A stretch of DNA of 64,000 bases from the NCBI GenBank assembly GCA_963835065.1, contig CAWIEK010000037.1, forward strand, positions 1 through 64,000. Reading direction: 5' to 3'. The notes under the pieces were generated by a model that was not told the origin of the DNA, ran no database searches, and saw only the letters and a program-made list of their open reading frames with translations. Positions within the stretch are counted from its first letter, which is position 1, and each line of letters opens with the position of its first letter. The translations under genes were made by a program, and so were the position numbers. Shown here piece by piece: positions 42,037 through 51,456 of this stretch. Source of the DNA: an uncultured Chthonomonadaceae bacterium (GTDB lineage: Bacteria; Armatimonadota; Chthonomonadetes; Chthonomonadales; Chthonomonadaceae).

Positions 42037-43281
42037 TTAGCCGCAGCACTGCTTGTACTTTTTGCCGCTGCCGCAGGGGCAGGGTTCATTACGGCCCGGC
42101 TTCTTTCCGCTAAACGGGGCGGGCGGGGCCGGCGTTTTCAGGGCTTCCACCAGGCGCTCGCTCAGGGGGATTGTGCCGGGAAGCGCCCTGTTGTCGTAAT
42201 CCGGGCGGTAACTGCGCAGCAGAATTTCGCCGTCCCGCTGCCACTCGAAATCAGGGAGCGAAAACAGGCTGCGGATCACCTGGGTGGCGCGTTCCGGGTC
42301 GCGCTCGGCCAGCATGCGTACCGGGATCAAAGACATATCGGGGTCTTGAATATACTCGCTCACGATAGCCCGGTAGGGTTTCGACTTGACCTTTTTGGGA
42401 TCGGCAAATGCTTCCGCAACCAGTCCCAGATCGGGATGAAACTCCATGCCTTCCCGCTCATCAAAGGTCACGCCGACGCTTTTCACGTCGTCCTCCCAAT
42501 CTATTTGCGAGTATTGCAGGTGCTTGGGCAGGGTTTGTATCGGGGGCGACTCTGTTTCGCCCGTCGCAAGGGCGGCTGCGGCGTTTGTTTTCTGAACGCG
42601 ATGCAGCATGTAGGCGTTCATGCGCGTGACGAACTCCCCTACCGGCCACACAACCAAATCCGAGCCGAAGAAGGCGACGAAATCCGGCTTTTCCGCGCGC
42701 TGTAGTTCGATAGCCTCTTCCCTCTTCGCCGGGTTGCGAAACATCAGGGCGGGCGACTTCTGAATGGCTTCCGCCGCCCCGCGCAGCACCTCGTTTTTGC
42801 CGGAAGGCGGATACAGACTGATCGCCCCACTCAGCATCCAGCCGTCGCCCATCGGCACAATCCGCGCCTTGATAAAGTGGCCGGGCAGCATCTTATCGAA
42901 ATACGCGCGTCCCATGTTGGAGCGGACGCGGTACACAAGGTCATCCAACAGGTTGTCGAACACCAATACATCGCCCTCGTGCCGCAAAATCTCAAACAAC
43001 CCTTCCACGACGTTCTTCCAGCCCAGCATGATTTCCTGGTCCGCTTCGGGCAGGTCGGGGTGGTCGCTTACAAAATGGTCTACCACCGTCAGGCCGTCTT
43101 CCAGCCGATATTGAAGCAGAAAATAGTCCATAAAACTGACATACTGCGGGTTACTCACCGGTTCCGGGGTGTCAAAATAGTGGATTTGCGCTTCCACCAG
43201 ATCGCCGGCAAACCGCTTGTCCTCGCCGAATCGCACCAGTTGCCGCTTCAACGCGCCCGCGTGTTCCATCAAATCCATCAT
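42037..43281 (-). CDS. SEC-C metal-binding domain protein, copy 1
   Basis: C-terminal [19 protein letters not shown]. Confidence 0.88.
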   Translation of the reverse strand: MMDLMEHAGALKRQLVRFGEDKRFAGDLVEAQIHYFDTPEPVSNPQYVSFMDYFLLQYRLEDGLTVVDHFVSDHPDLPEADQEIMLGWKNVVEGLFEILRHEGDVLVFDNLLDDLVYRVRSNMGRAYFDKMLPGHFIKARIVPMGDGWMLSGAISLYPPSGKNEVLRGAAEAIQKSPALMFRNPAKREEAIELQRAEKPDFVAFFGSDLVVWPVGEFVTRMNAYMLHRVQKTNAAAALATGETESPPIQTLPKHLQYSQIDWEDDVKSVGVTFDEREGMEFHPDLGLVAEAFADPKKVKSKPYRAIVSEYIQDPDMSLIPVRMLAERDPERATQVIRSLFSLPDFEWQRDGEILLRSYRPDYDNRALPGTIPLSERLVEALKTPAPPAPFSGKKPGRNEPCPCGSGKKYKQCCG

Positions 43282-43506
43282 GCTCGCGCTTCCTCCAAAA
43301 CCCGCGCCTCTTAATAAATGAGACTTGCTGCCCGCCCTCAATCATCACTTCAAACATACGTTTTCTGCTGTCATTTTATCGCCATAGTCCGAAAACAGAA
43401 ATAAGCCGAAGAACAGAATCAGGCAGGAACTAAAGTGTGCCGCGATGAATAGGATGTAGACAAGATTGCACAGAACCACCCATATCAGGGTCAGGGAGTG
43501 TCCAGA

Positions 43507-43875
43507 ATGAAGCGATGCATACAAGTAGCGGTTGGTCCTGGAATATTCTCATGTGAGCGATCAGCCTCATTCACAGTAAACGACAAATACTACACCCTGC
43601 TTGCAGACGCTTCTTTCTTCGACGGCGATCTCATGCAGGTGCGGGTTATCGCCATACAAGGCGACCAATGCTTGATTGACCTGCCCAATGAGACGTTCAC
43701 AACCGGCAACCGCATGTACGTGCCAACAGTCATGCTTCTGGATATGTCAACAGCCCTACAAACTGAGGAGCCATCCGCAAAAGAGATCGCAAAGTTGGCA
43801 ATGGCTGGCGGCGCGTTTGACTGGCTTGCCGATGAACCTGATCTGTATGATGATACTTGCGGCGAAAGCGCTTAA
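43507..43875 (+). CDS. Hypothetical protein with antitoxin-like acidic tail, copy 1
   Basis: Conserved in both copies; tail AFDWLADEPDLY. Confidence 0.65.
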   Translation: MKRCIQVAVGPGIFSCERSASFTVNDKYYTLLADASFFDGDLMQVRVIAIQGDQCLIDLPNETFTTGNRMYVPTVMLLDMSTALQTEEPSAKEIAKLAMAGGAFDWLADEPDLYDDTCGESA

Positions 43876-43900
43876 AATAGAAAGAAAAAGAGGCGCAGCC

Positions 43901-43929
43901 TTGTATTTATTCGTCAATAGACGTATAAT
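43901..43929 (+). promoter_or_regulatory. sigma70 promoter facing the 3' end of the small peptide gene (antisense RNA), copy 1
   Basis: TTGTAT-N17-TATAAT; conserved at 47042-47070. Confidence 0.7.
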
Positions 43930-43983
43930 AGGAGGTATCCAGCCAACGTTGGTAGCGCTGACTGGACACGCGCCTAGCCTACG

Positions 43984-44094
43984 CTAGTGGCGGTTTTTAC
44001 ACCGGTCACTAAGCATCAGCCAGAGCGCGACCGCGTAATACGCCGTACCAACGACGTAGAACGCGGCGGCAAGCACATGGTTCAGAGTTTCCAT
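43984..44094 (-). CDS. 36-aa hydrophobic peptide, type I toxin-like, copy 1
   Basis: AAAGGAGGAGG RBS; METLNHVLAAAFYVVGTAYYAVALWLMLSDRCKNRH. Confidence 0.7.
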   Translation of the reverse strand: METLNHVLAAAFYVVGTAYYAVALWLMLSDRCKNRH

Positions 44095-44207
44095 GCTTTG
44101 CCTCCTCCTTTCTATGGGCAGCGGGTTGTGTGTCGGCGGTTGCGCGAACAACCCCGGCGGCTTGCATAGTCCGGCCGAACGCCGCGCCAAGCAAAAATCG
44201 AACGCGC

Positions 44208-44677
44208 ATGAATAAACCGGAGGAACGCGAGAAAGCGGTCTTCGATACCGGTGTTGTCCTTCAGGCGGCCCTGTCAGAAAGCGGGCCGTCTTTTGGCTCG
44301 TTTCATCTGATGGAAGAAGACAAAATTATTGTTGTACTTAGTCCACAAGTGCGCGAAGAGTACGAAGATGTTCCACGCGCCCTGCAATTCGGCAGAAGAA
44401 CCCATTGCTTACTGAAGAATACGTTCAGGCATTTTTGGCCCGACTGGACGCCAAAACACAATTGGTAACGGTGATACGGCCTTACCTACAGTATCCGCGT
44501 GATCCTAATGATGAGTTGATACTTAATCTGGCAATCCAAGAGCAGGTAGATTATCTTGTGACCCGCGACAAAGATTTGCTCACTTTGAACAGGAGCAGCG
44601 ATTTTCGGCTGTTATATCCCTACATTCGCGTCGTTGATCCACTTACCTTTGTGATTGCGGTGACGCCGAAGCCGTAG
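44208..44677 (+). pseudogene. PIN-domain toxin (TIGR00305-like), 1-nt frameshift near 44373
   Basis: AVFDTGVV; RDPNDELILNLA....DYLVTRDKDLL in another frame. Confidence 0.8.
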
Positions 44678-44798
44678 AAATAGGGCTTTGATGCCATCAA
44701 GATAACCTATGCTGCCAATCTATTCAGCGCCCTGCTGCGGTTCTCCATACGCCAGTTGCCGCAGCAGTTCATCTCCTGATATAGCTCCTCTGCTGTTT

Positions 44799-45113
44799 TC
44801 AATAGCCGCCTTCCAGCCACGAGACGTACAAGTCGTAATAGTGGGCGAAGTCTTCGGGCAATCCTTCCTCATCTAAATCTTCTACGCCAATCCAGCGCTC
44901 TTTGCCTTTTGCCTGCACCTTGCATTGCAGCGTGTCACTGGCGCCGACTTGAAAGCCGAGGACTTGCACGGGGCTGCCAAGCAGGTTGGCGCGAAACGGC
45001 GTTTCCACTTGCTCCAAAAACGTGTTTTCCCACGCGCTCATCTGCTCGTACTCGCCGTAAGCGTCCGTCAGTATCTCGTCAATCTCGTCGCGCTTTTCGG
45101 ATGGTTCCGCCAT
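44799..45113 (-). CDS. CcbP-like protein, copy 2
   Basis: Protein identical to copy 1. Confidence 0.65.
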   Translation of the reverse strand: MAEPSEKRDEIDEILTDAYGEYEQMSAWENTFLEQVETPFRANLLGSPVQVLGFQVGASDTLQCKVQAKGKERWIGVEDLDEEGLPEDFAHYYDLYVSWLEGGY

Positions 45114-45179
45114 TTTCGCCTCCTGTCCTGTGTTGTTGCCTTGCGTAGGTGTTTCGTTTATCGGTGTGTACCGGTGGAA

Positions 45180-46424
45180 TTAGCCGCAGCACTGCTTGTA
45201 CTTTTTGCCGCTGCCGCAGGGGCAGGGTTCATTACGGCCCGGCTTCTTTCCGCTAAACGGGGCGGGCGGGGCCGGCGTTTTCAGGGCTTCCACCAGGCGC
45301 TCGCTCAGGGGGATTGTGCCGGGAAGCGCCCTGGTGTCGTAATCCGGGCGGTAACTGCGCAGCAGAATTTCGCCGTCCCGCTGCCACTCGAAATCAGGGA
45401 GCGAAAACAGGCTGCGGATCACCTGGGTGGCGTGTTCCGGGTCGCGCTCGGCCAGCATGCGTACCGGGATCAAAGACATATCGGGGTCTTGAATATACTC
45501 GCTCACGATAGCCCGGTAGGGTTTCGACTTGACCTTTTTGGGATCGGCAAATGCTTCCGCAACCAGTCCCAGATCGGGATGAAACTCCATGCCTTCCCGC
45601 TCATCAAAGGTCACGCCGACGCTTTTCACGTCGTCCTCCCAATCTATTTGCGAGTATTGCAGGTGCTTGGGCAGGGTTTGTATCGGGGGCGACTCTGTTT
45701 CGCCCGTCGCAAGGGCGGCTGCGGCGTTTGTTTTCTGAACGCGATGCAGCATGTAGGCGTTCATGCGCGTGACGAACTCCCCTACCGGCCACACAACCAA
45801 ATCCGAGCCGAAGAAGGCGACGAAATCCGGCTTTTCCGCGCGCTGTAGTTCGATAGCCTCTTCCCGCTTGGCAGGATTGCGAAACATCAGGGCGGGCGAC
45901 TTCTGAATGGCTTCCGCCGCCCCGCGCAGCACCTCGTTTTTGCCGGAAGGCGGATACAGACTGATCGCCCCACTCAGCATCCAGCCGTCGCCCATCGGCA
46001 CAATCCGCGCCTTGATAAAGTGGCCGGGCAGCATCTGATCGAAATACGCGCGTCCCATGTTGGAGCGAACGCGGTACACAAGGTCATCCAACAGGTTGTC
46101 GAACACCAATACATCGCCCTCGTGCCGCAAAATCTCAAACAACCCTTCCACGACGTTCTTCCAGCCCAGCATGATTTCCTGGTCCGCTTCGGGCAGGTCG
46201 GGGTGGTCGCTTACAAAATGGTCTACCACCGTCAGGCCGTCTTCCAGCCGATATTGAAGCAGAAAATAGTCCATAAAACTGACATACTGCGGGTTACTCA
46301 CCGGTTCCGGGGTGTCAAAATAGTGGATTTGCGCTTCCACCAGATCGCCGGCAAACCGCTTGTCCTCGCCAAATCGCACCAGTTGCCGCTTCAACGCGCC
46401 CGCGTGTTCCATCAAATCCATCAT
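45180..46424 (-). CDS. SEC-C metal-binding domain protein, copy 2
   Basis: Three visible substitutions vs copy 1 (K/Q, R/H, N/T). Confidence 0.88.
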   Translation of the reverse strand: MMDLMEHAGALKRQLVRFGEDKRFAGDLVEAQIHYFDTPEPVSNPQYVSFMDYFLLQYRLEDGLTVVDHFVSDHPDLPEADQEIMLGWKNVVEGLFEILRHEGDVLVFDNLLDDLVYRVRSNMGRAYFDQMLPGHFIKARIVPMGDGWMLSGAISLYPPSGKNEVLRGAAEAIQKSPALMFRNPAKREEAIELQRAEKPDFVAFFGSDLVVWPVGEFVTRMNAYMLHRVQKTNAAAALATGETESPPIQTLPKHLQYSQIDWEDDVKSVGVTFDEREGMEFHPDLGLVAEAFADPKKVKSKPYRAIVSEYIQDPDMSLIPVRMLAERDPEHATQVIRSLFSLPDFEWQRDGEILLRSYRPDYDTRALPGTIPLSERLVEALKTPAPPAPFSGKKPGRNEPCPCGSGKKYKQCCG

Positions 46425-46647
46425 GCTCGCGCTTCCTCCCAAACCCGCGTACTGTAACGAATCAATACTTGCTGCCCACCCTCAACCATCACTCCAAACA
46501 TACGTCTTCCGCTGTCATTATATCGCCACACTCCGAAAACAGAAGAAGCTGAAAAGCAGAAGCAGGCAGGAACTAAAGTGTGCCGCGATGAATAGGATGT
46601 AGACAAGATTGAACAGCATCACCTATATTACGGCAGGGAGTATCAGA

Positions 46648-47016
46648 ATGAAACGACATATACAAGTCACGGCTGGTCCCGGAATCTTCTCGTGTGAGCG
46701 ATCAGCCTCATTCACAGTAAACGACAAATACTACACCCTGCTTGCAGACGCTTCTTTCTTCGACGGCGATCTCATGCAGGTGCGGGTTATCGCCATACAA
46801 GGCGACCAATGTTTGATTGACCTGCCCAATGAGACGTTCACAACCGGCAACCGCATGTACGTGCCAACGGCTATGCTTCTGGATATGTCAATAGCCGTAC
46901 AAACCGATGAGCCATCAGCAGAAGAGATCGCAAAGTTGGCAATGGCTGGCGGCGCGTTTGACTGGCTTGCCAATGAACCTGATCTGTATGATGATACTTG
47001 CGGCGAAAGCGCTTGA
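46648..47016 (+). CDS. Hypothetical protein, copy 2
   Basis: Homolog of 43507-43875. Confidence 0.65.
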   Translation: MKRHIQVTAGPGIFSCERSASFTVNDKYYTLLADASFFDGDLMQVRVIAIQGDQCLIDLPNETFTTGNRMYVPTAMLLDMSIAVQTDEPSAEEIAKLAMAGGAFDWLANEPDLYDDTCGESA

Positions 47017-47126
47017 AATATAAAGAAAAAGCGGCGCAGCCTTGTATTTATTCGTCAATAGGCGTATAATAGGAGGTGTCCAGCCAGAAGTTCTCAGGCG
47101 CTGACTGGACACGCGCCTAACCTACG

Positions 47127-47237
47127 CTAGTGGCGGTTTTTACACCGGTCACTAAGCATCAGCCAGAGCGCAACCGCGTAGTACGCCGTACCAACGACGT
47201 AGAACGCGGCGGCAAGCACATGGTTCACAGTTTCCAT
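47127..47237 (-). CDS. 36-aa hydrophobic peptide, type I toxin-like, copy 2
   Basis: METVNHVLAAAFYVVGTAYYAVALWLMLSDRCKNRH; one L/V change plus synonymous changes vs copy 1. Confidence 0.72.
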   Translation of the reverse strand: METVNHVLAAAFYVVGTAYYAVALWLMLSDRCKNRH

Positions 47238-47351
47238 GCTTTGCCTCCTCCTTTCTATGGGCAGCGGGTTGTGTGTCGGCGGTTGCGCGAACAACCCCGG
47301 CGGCTTGCATAAACCGCTGCCCAAGAGTTCACAAGCCGGAACACAAGTCAC

Positions 47352-47381
47352 ATTGTTGCACACTTTATGTGCAGGTGTCAA
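47352..47381 (-). promoter_or_regulatory. Promoter with palindromic operator upstream of the peptide gene
   Basis: TTGACA-N18-AACAAT containing TGCACA-N5-TGTGCA (47357-47373). Confidence 0.6.
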
Positions 47382-47387
47382 GGCCAT

Positions 47388-47849
47388 TTACATCACAGTA
47401 ATCAGTTCACAAACCAAGCGCTGTTTCTCCCTTGAAAGGCTTAGAAATTTTTTCTGAGTTTCCACAGGCATAATCTCGTAGTTCAAAAACACGGGAGTCT
47501 CTAACAACTTACCATCCAATGTATCGAAACCTGCTTGTGCGTACACAATTTCAGGACGCATTTTTAAGCCAGCAGCCACTTGAAGACAAGTTTTACGCTG
47601 AACTGTGTAACCTGCCTGCCGTCGCCGTTCTACCTGCCCCCACGCCCAATGTGAGTAAGTACGTTCTGATTTATCTTCAGATAGTTGCTTGCCACCCTCT
47701 TCCTTACCTATTTGATGCAGTTGTTCTTCCGGGAGAGATTGCAGCCAGTCTTCAACACGTTTTGCACATTGCTTTCGAGTCAGACCTTGCTTCTCTCGCT
47801 CCTCTTTAACCCATTGTCCAAAACGTATGCGTAAATTCTCAGTTTCCAT
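47388..47849 (-). CDS. XRE-family HTH regulator with an insertion inside the HTH
   Basis: FGQWVKEEREKQGLTRKQCAKRV...WGQVERRR...LQVAAGL....VYAQAG. Confidence 0.75.
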   Translation of the reverse strand: METENLRIRFGQWVKEEREKQGLTRKQCAKRVEDWLQSLPEEQLHQIGKEEGGKQLSEDKSERTYSHWAWGQVERRRQAGYTVQRKTCLQVAAGLKMRPEIVYAQAGFDTLDGKLLETPVFLNYEIMPVETQKKFLSLSREKQRLVCELITVM

Positions 47850-48011
47850 TGATCGCTCCATCATTTTCAAGAGAACCGTTGAATAGATTGAGTATACCAG
47901 CATGTGACATATTTGTGCAAGGAATGACTGTAATGAAGTTGCGTATAAAAACGAGTTTGGCGCAACAGTGAGCCACTGTTGCGCCACGAAGTTGAGAAAC
48001 AGGTGAAGAAA

Positions 48012-49658
48012 CTTACTCGACGCCGACGGGGGCATGGGCGCGGGGTGGCGGGGGCGTCCAGGTGGGGTCGTCGTTGGCGAGCAGGTGCAGGCCTAGGAAC
48101 TCGCCTAGTTCTTCATTGGCGTGGCGGTCTACCCACTGTCCGAAGTTTTCTTCCCGCGAACGGCTGCGTTTTGAACTGCCGCAGCAGGTTTTCCAGCGCG
48201 TACTTCACCTTGTCGGCGGGCACTTTGCGCGAAATGGGACGCACGAACTTGGCGTCCGCGCCCAGCCGCCCGCCCAGACACACGTCATACGCTTCCACCT
48301 GCGTCGCCGTCGTTCAAACGCGCCAGACAGCCCTGCAAGCCGATGTCGCCGATGTGATGCTGGCCGCAACTGTTGGGGCAGCCGTTGAGATGGATGCGGA
48401 TCGGCTCGTCCCACAGCAATTGCGCTTCCAGATGCGCCACGATCTCGCGCAGGCGGGCTTTGGTTTCCGTAATCGCCAGATTGCAGAACTCGTTGCCCGT
48501 ACACGAGACCGCGCCCCGATGGAACTCCGATACGTCCCACAGAAAGCCCGCATTGCGCAATTCCTGTTTCGCCGCTTCCAACCGGTCGGCGTCAATGTGC
48601 GGGAACAGATAGTTTTGCTGATTGGTCGTGCGCAGGTTGCCCTCGCAGTATCGGTCGGCAATGTCGGCAGCCGCGAACATCTGCTCCGTCGTCAGCCGCC
48701 CCGTAATCACGGATACGCCGATCCAGAATTTCCCTGCCTGCTTTTGCGGATGGATGCCCAAATGATCCTGCTGCACGGTTCCCATCGGCTCGGCAACCGG
48801 TTCGGCGGGTTCCGGCGTCCAGCCCAATCGCTGAATCAGCGCTTCCCGAAACTTCTCCGCGCCCCAATCCGCCACGAGGAACTTCAGGCGCGTATGGTTG
48901 CGGCGCTTGCGGTAGCCGTCATCGCGGAAAATTTCGGTCACGGCCCGGCATACGTCCAAAACCTGCTCCGGCTTGACGAAAATCTCCAACTGCTGCGCGA
49001 AGTACGGCTGCGTACTCAATCCGCCGCCCACGCGCACATGGAAGCCGATTTCCTCTTTGCCGTCCCGAACGCGCTTCACGGCCTGTATGCCCAAATCGTT
49101 GATTTCCGGCTGATTGCAATGGATGGGACAGCCCGAAATAGAGATTTTGTACTTGCGCGGCAGGTCGGAGAAGTCTTTGTTATCCAAAAAGTAATTGGTC
49201 ACGTCCTGCACGATCTGGCGCGTGTCGTACAATTCGTTAGGGTCCACGCCCGCCACCGGGCAGCCGCACACATTGCGCGTAATGTCGCCGCAAGCGCCCG
49301 TCGTGGTCAGGCCCACCGCGCGCAGTTTTTCAATGGCAAGCGGCAGGGTGTGGATGGTCAGCCAGTGGAATTGAAAATTCTGGCGCGTGGTGATGTCGGA
49401 AATGTTGTTGCCGTACTCCCGCGCCACTTCCGCAACCGCGCGCATCTGCGCGGAACTCATGTCGCCGCTGGGAATCTTGACGCGCAGCATGAAATGCCCC
49501 ACGTTCGGCTGCTGCTGATAAATGCCGTACCAGCGCATACGCGGGAAATCATCGGGAGCTATGGTCTCGAAACCGGTCTGAGCGTAGCGCAGCACATCGT
49601 CCCACACGTCCAGCCCGTCTTTCGCCTTCTTTATCGCTTCTACATCCGCCTTGGACAT
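48012..49658 (-). CDS. Ferredoxin-dependent sulfite/nitrite reductase (frameshifts near 48300 and 48150)
   Basis: RWYGIY, ITTRQNFQ, LPRKYKIS, SCTGNEFC, GCPNSCGQHHIGDIGL siroheme/4Fe-4S motifs. Confidence 0.92.
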
Positions 49659-49699
49659 CTCAAAAACTCCTTACCATCCGCCACCAACAGCAGGAGGGG

Positions 49700-49893
49700 G
49701 AACCGCGAAACACGCGAACCAAAACGAAAAAAGGAAAAACAAAAAGAACCGCAAAGAGGCAAAAGAGGGCAAAGAGGAGAAGTCACTTCGCCGGAGTTGG
49801 TTGGCGCTTTCCCTGCTATTTTTGGTTCTTTTTTCGTTTACTTCGCGTGTTTCGCGGTTCCCTCTCCTGCCTTCTCTGCTTCTTTGCGGTTCC
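49700..49893. repeat. Interleaved 9-nt-period inverted repeats in the reductase leader
   Basis: GAACCGCGAAACACGCGAA...TTCGCGTGTTTCGCGGTTC and GAACCGCAAAGA...TCTTTGCGGTTC. Confidence 0.8.
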
Positions 49894-49906
49894 TCTTACG
49901 GCGAGA

Positions 49907-49971
49907 ATGGTTACTAAATCAGTCAACATAGTAGAGTATCCATTATACTAGCCGCGTGGCGTCGGTGTCAA
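49907..49971 (-). promoter_or_regulatory. sigma70 promoter plus Rrf2 (IscR/CymR)-like site for the reductase
   Basis: TTGACA-N18-TATAAT (49971-49942) followed by ATGTTGACTGATTTAGTAACCAT. Confidence 0.55.
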
Positions 49972-50013
49972 GCCAAAGTGAGGTTTCAGAACCGTTCAAG
50001 AGCGTACCCGAAC

Positions 50014-50042
50014 TTGACAAGCCCTGACCGGAAAGGTACACT
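50014..50042 (+). promoter_or_regulatory. sigma70 promoter of the tRNA
   Basis: TTGACA-N17-TACACT. Confidence 0.8.
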
Positions 50043-50061
50043 GTAGGTGTTGTAAGCATGC

Positions 50062-50414
50062 GGGCCCATAGCTCAATGGCAGAGCGCCCGGCTCAAGATA
50101 GTTTCTCTAAATTCAGGCCGTTAATACCTGAACATGAGGGACTGAAGAGGGCCTCTACCGTCGAAAGTCGGTAGATGTAACCTGTCAAATTCGGGGAAGC
50201 CTATGTTGTTCCCAATACGGTAATCCCGAGCCAAGCGCGTTTAGCACAGGAAAACTGTTGTAAGCGCGAAGGTGTAGAGACTCGACGGCAGGCATCCTTG
50301 TTTCACAAAACAGTGGATGAAGAGAGAGTCCAGACTGCAAACCCGAAAGGGGCGGCGAAAGCCGTAGCGGTACGCATAACTGGTTGGTTGTAGGTTCGAC
50401 TCCTGCTGGGCCCA
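50062..50414 (+). tRNA. tRNA(CAU), most likely tRNA-Ile2; exons 50062-50093 and 50375-50414; CCA not encoded
   Basis: Spliced GGGCCCATAGCTCAATGGCAGAGCGCCCGGCT|CATAACTGGTTGGTTGTAGGTTCGACTCCTGCTGGGCCCA; G1-C72, C4-G69, C5-G68. Confidence 0.92.
50094..50374 (+). ncRNA. Group I self-splicing intron (IC3-like), 281 nt, no ORF
   Basis: 5' exon ends in U and intron ends in G; IGS GGCCG (50116-50120); P AAATTCGGGGAA, Q AATCCCGAGCCAAG, R GTAGAGACTCGA, S AAGAGAGAGTCC; GAAA tetraloops. Confidence 0.95.
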
Positions 50415-50428
50415 TATTCCGCTTGCGC

Positions 50429-50466
50429 ACAGGCTGGACAACATACTTGTTGTCCAGCCTGTTGTA
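50429..50466 (+). terminator. Hairpin terminator after the tRNA
   Basis: ACAGGCTGGACAACA-TACT-TGTTGTCCAGCCTGT. Confidence 0.75.
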
Positions 50467-50657
50467 CTGTAATCCCTGATAAGTAAGTATATCCTGCGCA
50501 GGCACAAATAGAAAGCCCGCTTGTCAGGGCAAGGGTGAAACTGCTATAATGTAGTGGCAGGCTGACTTGTAGGATATTCCTATGTGTCGGCTCAAATTTA
50601 TCGAGTATAATTTTGGCAGCGACTTTCCGCAACCCGCGCGCCGGCAGGAGGTTAAAA

Positions 50658-50948
50658 GTGGTGACAGTAATGACTTACATCGGCAAGGTTCAGGAGAATG
50701 GAACGGTTATCGTGTCGAAAGACGCACAGGAACAGTTGGGATTGCAGCCGGGCGATGAAGTGCGGGTAAGCCTGAATCGCAGCGTTGTAGAACCGCAGCC
50801 TGTCACGCCCAATGAAAAAGCGCTGGCGGCTCTGCGCAGGGTTGCCGCATTACAAGAGGGAATGCGCTGCACGGATGGTTCGCACACGAACGAAATTATT
50901 CATGAAGGCCGCGACGGAGGAATGTACAGTGACGAATGCGCCGAGTAG
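50658..50948 (+). CDS. AbrB/MazE-like antitoxin (VapB)
   Basis: KVQENGTVIVSKDAQEQLGLQPGDEV. Confidence 0.85.
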   Translation: MVTVMTYIGKVQENGTVIVSKDAQEQLGLQPGDEVRVSLNRSVVEPQPVTPNEKALAALRRVAALQEGMRCTDGSHTNEIIHEGRDGGMYSDECAE

Positions 50949-51414
50949 CCCTCTTCCGGGCGCGGTAATTGTAGACGCCAACATTGCCGTTGCGATTGCT
51001 GCAAAGGAGACGGGGCGTGAGGCGTTAGCAACGGCGGAACTTAGCAGTTATGCTGCACAAGGGTATGAATGGTACGCGCCCGGAGCAATCACAACAGAAA
51101 CTCTTTATGCGCTGTGCCAAAAGTTTCATGCCGGACTGCTCACATTGGTGGAGTACGAAAAAGCGATCAGCAGTCTGGAAGCGTTGATAAGCAGTCTTTT
51201 GCCGCCTCCTGATGGTGACAGCGCCCTGATTCATCGCGCCTATGACATTGCGAAAAGTTATGGCTGCAGCCGTTCTGCGGATGCTGTCTATATTGCATTA
51301 GCAGAGGAGTTGGCTAAAACGCGGACAACCGTGCTGCTGACGTTCGATCAAGACCTTCCTAAACAAGCGGCCAAACACGCGCCGACAGTAACCGCGCGAT
51401 TGTTGACAATATAG
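50929..51414 (+). CDS. PIN-domain toxin (VapC)
   Basis: VIVDANIAV...E...ADAVYIALAE...LLTFDQ. Confidence 0.85.
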   Translation: MTNAPSSPLPGAVIVDANIAVAIAAKETGREALATAELSSYAAQGYEWYAPGAITTETLYALCQKFHAGLLTLVEYEKAISSLEALISSLLPPPDGDSALIHRAYDIAKSYGCSRSADAVYIALAEELAKTRTTVLLTFDQDLPKQAAKHAPTVTARLLTI

Positions 51415-51456
51415 TATCGGCGCTATCTGCTACAGTATAGAGGATAAGAGGATTTC

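Larger units (their letters stand above)
41648..44168. repeat. Copy 1 of a ~2.52-kb direct duplication
   Basis: Aligns with 44790-47311 at offset ~3142; flanked by GCCGAACGCC at 41631-41640 and 44174-44183. Confidence 0.97.
44790..47311. repeat. Copy 2 of the ~2.52-kb duplication (probable parent copy)
   Basis: Near-identical to 41648-44168; retains the upstream promoter and XRE gene. Confidence 0.97.

Noticed and set aside
41648..47311. Duplicated segment as an IS or composite transposon
   Set aside because: No transposase or terminal inverted repeats; reported as a duplication instead.
41648..47311. Duplication as a diversity-generating retroelement TR/VR pair
   Set aside because: No reverse transcriptase, and the differences are not adenine-specific.
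47979..49931. 650-aa plus-strand ORF, and similar long antisense ORFs (e.g. 60632-62392, 58239-59516, 31907-33172)
   Set aside because: Shadow frames of well-supported GC-rich genes on the opposite strand.
50185..50632. ORFs over the intron as a homing endonuclease
   Set aside because: They are antisense to the tRNA/intron and have no LAGLIDADG, GIY-YIG, HNH or PD-(D/E)xK motif.
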